Shown: positions 1-12,903 of the stretch, in pieces
Layout of the letters: the number at the start of each line of letters is the position of its first letter
How positions within the stretch are numbered: position 1 is the stretch's first letter
NCBI GenBank assembly: GCA_013265495.1
Contig: MU058844.1
Location: 9,568,184 to 9,632,183 of the forward strand
Direction: 5' to 3'
Length of the DNA: 64,000 nucleotides
DNA from: Vicugna vicugna
Taxonomy: Eukaryota
The notes under the pieces: model-generated
Database searches by the model: none
What the model was told of the DNA's origin: nothing
What the model saw: only the letters and a program-made list of their open reading frames with translations
Position numbers and translations under genes: made by a program

Positions 1-381
1 ACTAGCTTTGCCATTTTAAGCCAGGTTTCATCATCCTTAGGATCCTGCAGTACCAGGAGGAGATAATTCTCCATCATGCTAGGTCTGTCTTTAGAGTGTT
101 GGCAGAATTAAAGAGTGAGCAAAAATGACTCACATGCCCTTGAACCTACTCTTCCAAACCTTTCTCTTACCTCTGATCTCTCCTTCCCTCCCCCTTCCTC
201 ATGCTTCCCTTTGGTGTTCAACAGACCCATCCTTCTTTGATAAAATTGCTTACCCTCATGTTCACTGAAATTCAAATTCCTCAAGGGCTACTGCAAAAAC
301 AAACGTGTATTGAAGGAATATCATGTACCAGGCACTACTACACACTCTTCAGTCTTTGCAACATTTTCCTGGGTCTTAATC

Positions 382-457
382 GGTGACCAGCTGTCTAGGT
401 TTGCCCAGGGCTGAGGCATTTTCTGGGACTTTCAGTGCTCAAACCAGGACAGTGTCC
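382..457. mobile_element. MER81-like hAT DNA transposon fragment
   Basis: GGTGACCAGCTGTCTAGGTTTGCCCAGGGCTGAGG...GGGACTTTCAGTGCT resembles MER81. Confidence 0.6.
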
Positions 458-1055
458 ATCTGGGAACTGAGACACAGAGGAGAGGTCATCTTCTGAATGT
501 CACACTCTTTAGTGGTGGTATGTTATGACTCAACCCAGATCTTCCTCATCCCAGTCCCTGGCCTTTCTGCTCTGTCATGCTGACTGTGCTAAGGGTAGGT
601 TTGATGATTTGATTAAGGAATCACACTAGATTTTGAGATGTATCTGTATGTTTAAGTGGAGCTGGAATAGTGGTGAGTATGTGGAGGGTGGTGGTTATCC
701 CCACCTCCATAGCCCCTCCCTTATGCCAAACAAGACCTGGAAGCAAATATTGAGAATTGGCAATTTTGATATTCCTTCTTCTGAACATTTGAAGGAGTCT
801 CCTTGAGGATTTAGTGTTATGGAGTGTCATGGCTTGGGAGAGTGTGGGTGGGCAGAGCATGCATTTTAGAAGCACAAATCAGTGTGTATCATGACTGGAA
901 AGACTTCCTGTCATATCAGTTTACCAGGTGAAACCTACCACTCAAAAATTAACAAACCAATTTAAAGACCTCATTCTCTAGGAATATTTTTCCACATAGC
1001 TCTGTTCTGGTTTCAGATCTCTAGCATTCACATTTGTACTCCTGAAGATGACCCT

Positions 1056-1159
1056 GTGTGTACGTGTGTGCGCGCATATGTGTATATGTGTGTGCACCTG
1101 TGTATATGTGTGTACGTATACTTACAAGTATATATGCACAGGTATACGTGTGTGTGTGA
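1056..1159. repeat. Degenerate (TG/TA)n microsatellite
   Basis: About 100 bp of alternating purine-pyrimidine sequence. Confidence 0.85.
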
Positions 1160-1964
1160 GAATCTTTATTCTAGCAACCATCAGGAGTTTTTTCCCCTCC
1201 TTTTGGTGCCAGATCATCAAAGCTTGAGCAGAGTTACTATAAAGCATCACAACTGAGATGTCGTAGCTGTGTTTGTTTCCAGTTTTAGTCTCCAGATGTG
1301 ATTGGTCGGCTCAGATCAACCAAATGTTAGATCTGCAGTTTCCGGCACTGATTTTTTTCTGTAAAGCTTTTGCTCAGTTTAAGTTTTCTGCCCCCTGGGC
1401 CGACAGCTAGTGCTTTGCATTCTCCACTTTCATAGTTCAGAAACTTTTATTTATGTAACTACTCTCACAGGATAAAAATATGTGTAATTTTATACACTTC
1501 TTTTCCCCCATTCCTCCTTGCTGTCTTGTAGTGTTTGGCTATTTGATGATTTTCCCTCTCAAGTCTGCTCACATTATGCATGCTCCTATCAAGTGAATCT
1601 CCAGCACATTCCTCCTTTCCTTAACAAAGTGTGACACTGTGGAGGGACTGAGAGAGCAGTTTTTCATGAATAAATAATAATTCTTTGTAATTAGCATATC
1701 AACTGTATGTATGGAAATGATTCTTCTAAATTACTTGACTGTGATTATAAGCAGTTGATTTACCTAAATAGTTTTAAACCTTCTTCCAACAAACTCCATA
1801 CACTATTAATTTATTTAGTAAATACATTTTCTTTTGCTTCCTAGATAATATAAAGGAAACTTTTACCTATTCCTAAAGTAAATTGTATTTTGTTGCTGCT
1901 GTTTTTGTCCATAAGCACCTGAAGCCTTACAGTAGCAAGCTCACACAGGAAAGAGTTCAACAAA

Positions 1965-2175
1965 GAGCTGACATTTGTTGGACCCATTTTAAGTGCCAGG
2001 CACTCTTCCAATTGCTTTTGTTTTTATTAAATGTAATGCCTATAATGATTCTATAAAGTAGAATCATTACTCTGATACCCTCTTACACATGATAAAATTG
2101 AGATTCGGAGATGCTACGCATCTTGTCTGAGCTCACAAAGCTGATAAGTGAAGAAGCTGAAATTCAACCCAGTAG
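1965..2175 (-). mobile_element. MIR SINE
   Basis: gtgccaggcact...gataaaattgagattc...tcacaaagctgataagtg...aattcaacccag, the MIR core in reverse. Confidence 0.7.
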
Positions 2176-2859
2176 TACTGGGTCCTTAGCCTAACAGAAA
2201 AAAAAATACGTGTGTGCATGTGGTTTATTCATTGACTATGTATTTATTGAGCACACAATAGATGCTGGGCACAGAGATAAACAAGATGCATCCTGCCCTT
2301 GGAGAGTCTAGTGACAGCAAAATGATTATAAACTGATAAATTACAGTGCACTGAAATAGATATTAGCATTTAGGCAGGAACAAAGTACTATGGGAGAGCA
2401 TTAGCATATTTTTTCCAAAGGATAAATGTAATACTTTTTATACTTGCCACTTTACTTTGGCAAAAGAGAATACATTTAGAACAGAAAATTAACATATTTG
2501 AGAAAAGGAAAGGATCAAAGAGTCATAAAGATTTTTTTCTGAATATATCCTGTAACTCGTGCAGAGATATTCCATTCTTAATTAAACACCTAATCAATAT
2601 AGTTTTTTTCTTTAAATGACCACAAATCCTGACTGTAGGGCTACACCAAGGCAAAACAGTAAGACCTCCCTTACCTACCTACCCAGCCCTCTTTCCTGGA
2701 GTAACTCTCCAGGAGTGGAGAAACTCTTAAGGTGGCATTTACTATTTGGGGCAGTTACTGTCTGGAGCACTGTGTCCAAACACTAATCTGCACATCAGTG
2801 ACTGGCTGGCTTCATCAGAGTTTTATAATGTCATATGTTCCTGGGTCATATTGCTGTGG

Positions 2860-2960
2860 TTCTTGGTGTGGTAAATCTGGGATTCAGCCTAGGTCTCTAT
2901 ATTTTAAAAGTGCTTAAGTTGATTTCTGTGTACATCCATGTTTAAAAACAACTGGTCTAA
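2860..2960. mobile_element. MER5-like hAT-Charlie fragment
   Basis: ctatattttaaaagtgcttaagttgatttctg...tttaaaaacaactgg resembles the MER5 end. Confidence 0.5.
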
Positions 2961-3034
2961 AAATGCCCATGCATAGGAAACCCACTTATATGATATTTAC
3001 TTTCTCCTTATTATCTTGTTTAAGACTATGGGTT

Positions 3035-3233
3035 GGTAGGTAAGAGCCTGATATCTGGAAACAGACAGGTCTCAGTTATATTCTGTCTGTTCTACTGACT
3101 ACCTGGGGGACCTGGGACAAATTTCTTAAGCTCTCCATTAACTTCCGTATAGAGTTGTTATGAGGATTAGATGCAATGTACACAAAGCAGCTAGCATTAC
3201 CTTGTGCTTAATAAGTGCTCAATAAATGTTAGC
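3035..3233 (+). mobile_element. MIR SINE
   Basis: gacctgggacaaatttcttaagctctc...gttgttatgaggatta...taagtgctcaataaatgttagc. Confidence 0.8.
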
Positions 3234-6200
3234 ATACACACATACAAATGTTAGAGTACACGCACACACATGTGTACAGACATGCACACTCTTAAAATAA
3301 TATCAAAACACCTTAATTGAGTAAGAGCAAAACTATTAAAAAAAAATGCTCGGTCACCATTGCCTTTGTGGGAAAGGAGTAGGTCTGTATTTGGCTGTGT
3401 TGGGCCTTTTCCAAGTTGAGAATAATAACCCACTAATGATGAGCATGTAGCCTCATGCTGCTGCTTCACTGTCCAACACATACCCTTTAGAGCTGGGAGT
3501 TAACAGATCTTACCCTTGTCGTTAGTTCCTGTCCTCTCGCATCATGTAAAAACTGATCCACCATAGTCTGAATTATTTAATCTGGAAAAGCAGAATGAAG
3601 TTGTTAAAAGAGCAGTCATCAATAATAATGAGTTCTAATCCAGCCCTGCAACTAACCAGTTTATAAAATGGACCAGATCACAGCCATTCTTGGTCTTTAT
3701 TTCCTTATGTATAAAGATGCAAGGAGATAAACAAGGTTGTCCCTAAGGACCTTCACAGGTATAATGTTCTGAGTTTCTGAGCTACTTAACTGCACTAAGT
3801 TATCATAACCCAATATCCATTCCCTGATAATTTGGTCCTTAATCCAGAGGAATGACTGCTGTCATTTAGGAGCCTATGCGTAAACCTAGCTCTCGATATT
3901 CATACAATAATAACTGAGAGGTAGAGCCAGCTCTTGGTCATCTAACAGTGTTTAAGCAACTTATCTGTCAGTGAGCTGGGTCAGGATTATGTCTGCGTAA
4001 TCCTCACAGAGAAGGAGCCACAGTAAAGACCTAGGCAACAGCCACTGGGCAACTGATTGTGCACAGATAACAAGATTCCTTTTCAGGGCAGGCATTTCTT
4101 CCATCTGAGTTCTAGCCAAGGTCAAAATTTAGCAACTAGTTTCTCAGTAGCAGGGGAGAGAGCACAGATCATGAGCAAATTCAGATTTGCAGTGTAATCC
4201 AAAGTTCTCTCTTATTAGAGAGGATTTTTAATCAAGCAGGATGTTGAGCATACCAAGAAACAGCAGCCATTTTGATAACTCAATACGTAGAAATAAAAAA
4301 AGATTGAAAGATCAGAATGCAGTCATGTTTAAAAGTTAGTTCATTTACCAGCTGCTGGTTTGCTAAACTTCATTCAAATTAACTTTAAAGCTTCCTGGAG
4401 CTTACTACTTCCTGCATGAATTTACTAATAAACAAGTATGTTTCTGGTTATTAACTAAGCTAATTTTTCCTGGCTTCTTGAATGAAAATATATAGTCTTA
4501 TATATTAACATTATAGAAGATTCATTTCTTATGGTTTTTTAAAATCATTTTAGTATTTTTTTAGTTTGTATTTATGCATTTGGAAATGATAATAAGAACA
4601 TTTGAACTCTCGTTTTCGTATTGATTTCTCTGTGTATTTTTTAAAAAATTTAGCAGGGAAAGAAATATTTTCAGGATGGGAATATCCATTCTTCCTTGTA
4701 CATTTTAATTCATTTTGGTGAAGGCTCATGGCCAGACCAGGCACAACTGTGGGGTAATATTTCTCTTTAGGGGCTTTTGTCTTTTAGGACCACTTCTCTT
4801 TGCTCTAAGTATTTCCTGGATGCCCTGTATACCCCCCATGCCTTCTTCACCACCCTTCTCCTCCTTAATGACATCCAGCTTTTACCAGATGTCTCTTGGA
4901 AAGCCTTGTTAAATTAACCCATGCTAATGACTGCCTCAGATTGCAGCAGGTACAACAGAACTCTTAAAGCAAGATGATGAAATCTAAAAGTATAGAATTT
5001 CTTTTAGAAAATACAGAATTTCAGGTTTTTTAATGGATGGGGATTTCACTTTAAAATTGGAAGTCTTCTTAGGTCTCCTCAAATCACATAAGGGCCACGT
5101 TTTCATCCTGTATGAAAAGCTGGTGCTACAGGTTTCCGCGACTGCTTCAGCTGAGTTCATTGTTATCAAGGACAATTCCTGAATCAGGAGGGTTTTTCAA
5201 ATATAAATACATATTTATATTATATATATTTTGTATTATTTATATTTCATATTATTTATATATATATCTGTGATAGAAACAGCTGAACTATGTACAAAAA
5301 ACTATTACATTTCAAAACATGTTTTAAATATTTAGCTTGATATAAGGCATATTTTCCTTAAGAGTGAGAAACAGACTAAGTTAAAAGTAGGAATAAATGA
5401 TTAACTTTCAGGGCTAAAGGAATACCTACTGGCAAGTGTTTGTACGTGAACATGTATACCCTAACTGAGCAGAAAGCTTGGCTTTCGTTTAAGCATGGAA
5501 CAAGAATTCCATGGAAGAGTCTTCTGCTCTTTTGTTCTTACCTTAAAAGGGAAAGAAAGGAAAGAAAACTGCCTTCTTATTAAAAATTTCTACCGAAGGA
5601 CTAAAAGCATTACAGAGATAAACTGTAGGTTAAGAAGACAAACATAGGCCCTCAAAAGTATTTGTAAAGTAGGCAAAGCCAGTGGAAAAAAGAGCTACAC
5701 AGAACAATCCTTGAGATGAGAATTAAGATATTTTTCTGAAAACAGTTAAAAAATCAGAGTTGAGTGTTTGAAATGATACATTGTACAAACATGTTTATAT
5801 TCAAATCTCTAGGAGTTACCTTTTAGTCTCTATTATACTGCTTAATCATCGAATTTGTGTTGTTTTCAACACAGGATTGTTAGTAGTAGAAATGAGGAAA
5901 GCATGACCAGATCCCATGTGGGTTCTGTGCCCTGATGGGCAAGACAGAGTGACAGATAGAGTCAGACCAGGAGACCCATTAACTCTGCTGAGCCCAGAAG
6001 AATCTGAGTCGTGGTCTAAACCAAAGATAGAACATTGAGGCAGACATTCTGGATTCAAAGACTGCACAGTCTGCTTTTTATAAACTGCTAACTGTGAGGG
6101 GATGGGAGAGGTAACCCTGCAGGGCTGAGTATGCCCCACCAGCCATATTTCTCTCAGCCATTCCCTGTAGTGAGAGCCTCTTGGTCCTGGGTATTAGTAC

Positions 6201-7539
6201 CACAGCCCTCCTGTGGCAACTCTAAATTGCAGGCAGAGTGCCTAATCTGGGATAATGGGCCTCTAAAGGTCTGGCCTAGAATTTCCAACCCTGATAAATG
6301 AAAGCAAATAGAACAAAAGCCAAAAAGATGTCTGGAGACTAATCATCTGGCCCGGAAAATGGGTGAACCATTGTTACTAAAACATACAAATGTGTAAGTT
6401 TTAATATTAGGAAAGAAATTAGAGAAGGATGTGAATGAGCAAATCACCCAGAATTAAAGGAGAATTCTGTACATTAACAATTCATCTTGGGGCAAATTAC
6501 AAAGAAATTGCCAGGACACTGAAAACAGAGTTTACATGGTATGAAGTTGTCAAAGTTTCCCATCTCCATGTTTCGGAACAACTTAGTAGAATGTAACTAG
6601 TGGAATAAATGCTCAATAAACGTCTGTTGAGTGACCAAGTCAATGATTGAGTAAATAATTAAAGGAATGAGTTAATCAATGAATAAGCATATTTTCTTAG
6701 GCTTCAGCCACAGATAAAAATGCACTCTGCTCATCAGCTATTTGTAACCCCTTGGTCTCTATTTAACCCAGACTTGGCAAACGAGTCGTTATATAAGTTG
6801 CCTCTTGGGCTCTCTGCAGTCATTTCTGAAACCCCTAGTATCTGCCTGGTTTTCAGACAGATGACTGAAGGCCACTGATGACTGTCTCATTGCAAAATTA
6901 AAAGTTTTTTTTTTTCTTACCTTCTCAATCCACACCCACCTTGCTGAAGCAAATGATAGAAATAATGTAACACCAGTTCTTAAGTCTCCAAATCTGTATA
7001 ATAGTCACTAATGAATCTCAAGATATAATTTAAGCATGCTTGAAATGCAAATTATTTTTTGTAACTCAATATAATATTCATTTTAGTCTCCCTTCTGCTT
7101 GGGTTGTGAAAATGTAATCGCAGCCAGTTTCAGGCGGCCTTCTCTGCCGCTTCAGTGGCACTCTCCGTGTTCTGGCTGTGTTTAAGCCTGTCTCAGTCCT
7201 CTGTCACATCACATACACCTTTCTTCTCTGGGCTTTACCCAGGAAGCAAGTCAAAAGGCCTTTGCACTTGGATCCTATAAAACAGGGGTTATGTCATCTG
7301 CCCTGTGCATCAGCTGAGAGGGATGGACTATCTCCTTTTCTCAAGGTTCTATAATGTCTGATTACAAGTTCCTTCTGTTTTGCTTCTCCCTAATCCCAAC
7401 TTGAGAAGGTTTGGAGAAGCCTCTTTGAGTTTACTTGTAGTAAACATAGTTTCCCCAACTATTATCTATGCCATGATGTTCAAAAAAGTATTTTGAAACT
7501 CAGAAACCAAGAATTAATTTAGTTTTTTGCTTTTTCTTA

Positions 7540-8420
7540 CATCTGTTTTATAGGTATGTGTGCATATCCGACTATATCCTTAGTAAATTTCTCCAAAAGT
7601 AGAAGTCTTCGTTTATAAAGGATTTAGTCAATGCATAACAATAGTGTTCTCCAGAAAAATGGTACCAGTTTTTGTTACATTATTAGGGCATATGAGAATC
7701 CCTTTTCCCTATATTCTTGTCAATACACCATATTTAAAAATACATCTTTACCATTTTAAAATTAAAAGTGAAATTTTTTTTCATCTGTATGTCTCTGATT
7801 ACTAGGAAGCTTGGATATATTTTCGTAGGTTTATTGGTCATTTAAAAAAAATTATTTGTGAGTTCACTTGCCCATGTTGCTTAAATCTTTATTGACTTGT
7901 AAGAGCTCTTCATTCGAAGACTATTAACAGATTGACTGTCATATATTTAAAATACTTTTTGTTTGTTATTTGACCTTTTTATGGTGTGTGAGATACAGAA
8001 ACTTACAATTTTCAAATGGGAGTGGTTTCCTGGCATTTTTTCTTAAGAATTGTTTTTGCATCACAAGATGATGAACATTGACTTCATTTTAATTGTTTCA
8101 TGGTTTTATTTTTACATTAAAATTTTTAATCAGCTTGTTATATTTGGCATAGACTATGAGATTGGGATCCACATTATTTTGTATCATTTAATTATTATGT
8201 GTTCCAGCATCATTATTTAACAGTCCTTTTCCCCTTTGGTCTAAATTCCACATTTGTCATATAATAAAGTTTTAAATATGATGGATCTGCCTCTGGACTC
8301 TGTTCTGTTCTACTATCTCTTACTACACCAGTAAGACACTGCTTTAATCAGTGTAGATTCTTAATAAATGTTCATATCTGATAGGAAAAGTCACCCTTTA
8401 TTGCTCTTTTTAAATTTTTT
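7540..8420 (-). mobile_element. Old L1 (L1M-type) 3' ORF2/UTR fragment
   Basis: T-rich, with L1 hallmarks tctctgattactagg, gtttattggtcatt, ttgacttgtaagagctct, ccagcatcattattt. Confidence 0.7.
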
Positions 8421-8750
8421 TCCGAAGTTTTCTGAGGAAGGCATTCACTCTGCCAGATGAGATTTGGACATTTCCTTCTAAGTGGTAGTGTTATCTTTTA
8501 GGTCTTCATTGTTTCTCACCCTCCTAGCTTGAACCTCCATTCAATCCATCCTTTTCCCGCCCTAGTGCAGCCTGACTTGCTTATGGTTCAACTCCAGATG
8601 TAACAAATAACAACAACAATGGCAGTAAATCCCATTTGCCATTATCTTGTTGACATTTCAAACTGGGATTGTACTGTGATCCTAAGGTCACACTGGACTC
8701 TCAAAAGAACAAGAAGGCTCTCCCTTTAAGAGACACCACTGTCTTTTCAG

Positions 8751-8969
8751 AGTGTGGAAGGAGAGCACCATGAGAAGGCTGTGGAACTACTCAAGGCTGC
8801 TAAGGACAGCGTCAAGCTGGTGGTCCGATACACCCCGAAAGTCCTGGAAGAAATGGAGGCTCGCTTTGAAAAGCTACGGACAGCCCGGCGTCGGCAGCAG
8901 CAGCAATTGCTAATCCAGCAGCAGCAACAGCAGCAGCAGCAACAGACACAGCAAAACCACATGTCGTAG
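8751..8969 (+). CDS. LIN7A: LIN7A (Veli-1/MALS-1) last coding exon: end of PDZ domain plus polyQ tail and stop
   Basis: Acceptor gtcttttcAG ends at 8750. The phase-0 exon translates [72 protein letters not shown], the recognisable LIN7A C-terminus. TAG is at 8967-8969 and the donor GTAAGG starts at 8970. Confidence 0.97.
   Translation, partial: SVEGEHHEKAVELLKAAKDSVKLVVRYTPKVLEEMEARFEKLRTARRRQQQQLLIQQQQQQQQQQTQQNHMS
8895..8954 (+). repeat. Interrupted CAG/CAA polyglutamine repeat (Q4-LLI-Q10-TQQ)
   Basis: (CAG)3CAA TTGCTAATC (CAG)3CAA(CAG)4CAACAG ACA CAGCAA read directly. Confidence 0.95.
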
Positions 8970-10114
8970 GTAAGGAGTGCCTTCTTCTTACAAGGAGAGT
9001 CCCCTGCACGTGCAAGTCTGTTTTGGATTTTTTTTTAAAACCGTTTCTTTGACAGCTGGAACATAATCATTAGATTTAATAATCCAAACAAAATTTATCA
9101 GGTATTTTACATAAAAGAACAATGACCTCAGAAAATTTAAACAAGACAGTTGCTTACTTTATGTGTCATTCAGCCATATTCCTTTCAAATATAAGATGGT
9201 TTAGAAAACAAGATACTTTGGGAGGGCCAGGTACAGACTATACAATGCTTTTATATAAATTATGAAAATACAGCATCCATGCGAACCCAGATTGTGAGAC
9301 GTGTGGCTACATGACAGGTGTGGGCTGGATTCCTGCCCAGTTGCCTTTGCAAAGTGTACAGACTAAGCAACCATACAGTGCTGATCCTGGGATGATCCCC
9401 TTTAGAATACTGAAACAGAGTTTACTAGAAAACCACTCCGTTGAAAAGAATGAAGTAGAGACCTGCCAGTGTTTATGTGCTGAGAGATTTTGAAATTCTC
9501 TTTGGGTGCTCACTTAAAATGTGTCTTAAGATGTACCCACCTTTTTCTAAATTCCACTTTGTGACAATGAATGCTAAGTCAGGTTTTGCTACAAAAGACC
9601 CTTCACAGTAAGTATCATTAAAACACCACTTTTTAGATGAATGATATGAAACTGCAGTAGCTTCAGTGGATCCCCCAAAACCACTCTGACAAGTAGCATA
9701 GAATTATTTTTCGTTCTTACTCTACCAAATAGAACGTCAGAAATCTAGAGGTACATAAATCTTCCTTGCTATTTTTTGGAAGAGACAGTTCATATCCTTA
9801 GATACTATGATGTCTGCAAATGTGTATTTGAAATGAGGTTCAGATGCTCTTTGGAAGATGACAACGGGTGATGGTAGTTTACACTCATTCAGTATCAGTT
9901 TACTACTTGCACAACGAGAAACAGTGGCTGTGAGAAGAGATTTTCAAATTTTTGTGGCACCCATGAAAAGGAGAAGTATAAGAGTTTGGGATTTGTTCCC
10001 CAAGAGGCCTGGGAATTTAACTATCTACTTGTCTTTTATAACCTGCTGGTTTTATTATATATAGCATAGTTTGGTGTCTTTATATGAAATTACATTCCAT
10101 TCTAAAAACTACAT

Positions 10115-10810
10115 TTATTCAGCAGTAAATATTTATTTCTGACTGTGATGGGCCCGGCACTGTTCAGTGGTCTGTAGAAACAGCATGAACCAAGCAAAGT
10201 CCTTGTTCTCATGGTGCTTACCTTCTGGTTGGAGGAGATAGTTAATTAACAAGTAGATAAGAATATCCTATTGAGATCAATACTTTGCAGAGTTAATATA
10301 GGGTGCTTTTTTTTTAATATAGGGTGCTTTGATAGAGACTGGCTAGGTAATGACTTTTGATGAGGTGATCAGGGGAGACCTCTCAAAAGAGGTGACATTT
10401 AAGGTACATTGAATGACAGGGAAAAGCTATGAAACAAGCATAAGAAGAGGAGGAAATAGACAGTCCAGTAGCTCTAAGGCAGATGTGAGCTATTTGATGT
10501 TAGAGGCATAGAAAGCCAAGGTGGTTAGGGAATAAAGAGTGAGAAGGGCAGTGAGACAGATGGGAGCCAGAGCACAGAGAGCGTTTTAAAGCACTGAGGG
10601 AAGTTAGATTTTATTGCGGTGGAAACCATCGAAGGTTTTTAAGCAAAGGGGTGGCATGATATGATTTATCTACATAAAAGAACCTCTCTGGCTGCTGTGG
10701 GGAGAATAGATTATTGAGGGTAAATGTGAAAAGAGACCCATTAGGAGGCTATTATATAGTCATCCAGGCAAGAGATATGGTGGCTTGGACTGGGATGATG
10801 GAATGATGTG
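10115..10810 (-). mobile_element. L2 LINE 3' portion
   Basis: attcagcagtaaatatttatt...ttctcatggtgcttaccttctgg...aggaggctatt...tccaggcaagagat. Confidence 0.8.
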
Positions 10811-11607
10811 GATGAATGTGGACCAGTCATTTTTTCCTTGTCTTTCTCCTCTCTTATCTATCCCAAATGTAAAGGCACTTTACATTTGTACTTTCAGAAT
10901 CCTTTCAAAGGTCTTTTTCTAATAATAACAATCTACTATTCTTTAGTCAGACATTGACACTCTTTTCATTAACTCATTTTTTTATCCATTCTCAATAATA
11001 CAGTCTTGAACCAATTCTCCTATTTGCTTTACCACACTGGCCCATGGTAAAATTGTTGTAAAAGTGTTCTGAAAGAAATATGCTGCCATTTAGACTTCTG
11101 AGGTCTTACTGTAAGCTTCCAACATTATGCTCATTCAGTCATCATTGGAAGTATACAACTCGGTCATAAATAATTTGCTGGGCTCAACTCCATTTCTCTG
11201 TTCCATCAGTCTTCATTAAATCACTTGAGAATTTCCTACTATCTCATTACCAAAGACTTAACATTTTAAATAAAAGACATTTAAAACCCCCATGTTTTTT
11301 TCTTACACAGGATATAGTTAAGCTCTGTTCAAGTGAACATGAAATGTATATGTATGCCTGACAAGAGAGCACTTGCAATACCCAGGATCATGGCCCCATG
11401 AGATGAAACTGTAGTGACCATTTCAAGTATAAGCAAAGTACAACCAAGTCATGTCATCCATGAATTTTATGGTGTATTCAGTCAAAGAGACCTACATTAG
11501 CTCTTGTTCAACTTTTAATTAATTAGATTTTTCAGGATTAAATGGGATTTGTTACACTTGCTGACTCATACTATGGTTGCTTTGGAGAGGAGATTTGAAA
11601 CTATTTA

Positions 11608-12903
11608 TTCTTCAACTCTGGGTATTCTTTATATTTTCCAACTCTTTGCTAAAAACTTCCCTCTGTGCATCTATATTCCTCTTGAGTTCTCTGAACATCT
11701 TTGCCATCATTACTCTAAACTCTTTCTTGGATAAATTGCCTATCTCCTCATCACTTATTTCTTCTTCTGGGATTTTATCTTGTGCCTTGGCCTGGAAGAT
11801 ATTCCTCTGCCACCTCAAATTGTCTATCTTTCTATTTGTATTTTTAGGTAGGTTAGTTATGTTTCTTGACCTTGGAGAGGTGGCCCTCTGTGGGAGATGT
11901 CCTATGCGTCCCAGCAGTACACTCCTCTCTTGTCCCCCAAGGGCCAGGGTCCAGCTGGTCCCAGTGTAGAGTCTGGCTTGTGTTTATGGATTCCTTCCAT
12001 AGGCTTTAGGATTGTTGTTTTCTTCTTTCTGGTACCTGCCCCCTGGTGGATGAGGCTGGGCTAGAGGCTTATGAAGGTTTCCTGGCAGGAGGAGTTGGTG
12101 CCTGCCCACTGCTGGGTGAAGCTTGGTTCTGGACCTCGGGTGGGTAGGGCCATGTCTAGAGGCATTTGTGGCTTGGGAGGTCTGCTGATGGGTGGGGCCG
12201 TGTTTCCACCCAGTATGTTATTTGGCCTGAGGCTTCCCAGCCTTAAGCCTATAGGCTGTTGGGTGGGGCTGGGTCTGGGTGCTAACGATCCAATCAAGAT
12301 GTCAGCCTCCAGGGAAGCTCATGTAGATGAACACTCCCGGAATGTCCGCCACCAGTTTTTATGTCCCCTGGGTGAGCTGCAGCTGCCCCCTACCTTCCCA
12401 GGAGACCTTCCAAAACCAGCAGGCCGGCCTGGCCCAAGTTCCTATGCAAACACTGCCTCTGCCCTTGGACCTGGTGCACGCGAGATTCTATGTATGATTC
12501 CCTAGAAAGTGAAGTGTTTGTTCCCCCCAGTCCCTTGGGACTCCTGGAGTTAAGCCCCACTGGCTTTCAAAACCAGATGGCCTGGGGGTTCCTCCTCCTC
12601 CCAACGTCAGAACCCCAGGCTGGGGAGCCTGCCGTGGGGCTCAGAACTCTCACTCCTGTGGGAGGGCCTCTGCGACTTAATTCTTCAGTTTGTGGGGGGT
12701 ATGAGGCCCAATTATATGGTGAGCACGCTCCTCCTACTGTCCCACTGTAGTTCCTTCTTCATGTCCAAGCTGAAGAAAATATGTTTTGCTGGGTTCCAGT
12801 CTTATTTTTCCAGTGGTTGTTAGCAGTCAGTTGTGGTTTTGTTGTAGTTGCGAGGAGAGGGGAGCTCTCGGTCCTACCGCTCCGCCATCTTGACTGGGAA
12901 AAA
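11608..12903 (-). mobile_element. L1 5'UTR plus start of ORF1 only (3'-truncated), with TSD
   Basis: The minus strand starts with CAAGATGGCGGA (YY1-type L1 5' end) and a GC-rich UTR. The ORF1 N-terminus RWQRNIFQAKAQDKIPEEEISDEEIGNLSKKEFRVMMAKMFREL lies at 11612-11818. Flanks are ATTTGAAACTATTTA (11593-11607) and ATCTGAAGCTATTTA (12904-12918). Confidence 0.9.
12036..12049 (-). promoter_or_regulatory. Candidate CTCF core motif inside the L1 5'UTR
   Basis: Minus strand CCACCAGGGGGCAG is an exact match to CCASYAGRKGGCRS. Confidence 0.5.

Larger units (their letters stand above)
1..8750 (+). other. LIN7A: LIN7A intron upstream of the last coding exon (begins before the window)
   Basis: No upstream LIN7 exon recognised in 1-8750; the segment ends in a canonical acceptor. 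Confidence 0.8.

Noticed and set aside
2694..2714. 8-bp inverted repeat TCCTGGAG-N5-CTCCAGGA
   Set aside because: Expected by chance in 64 kb and too short for a pre-miRNA.
8747..9015. Minus-strand poly-Cys and poly-Ala ORFs
   Set aside because: They are antisense shadows of the LIN7A CAG repeat exon.
11577..12750. ORFs of 130, 144, 78 and 86 aa
   Set aside because: All lie within the L1 5'UTR/ORF1 fragment and none resembles a cellular protein.
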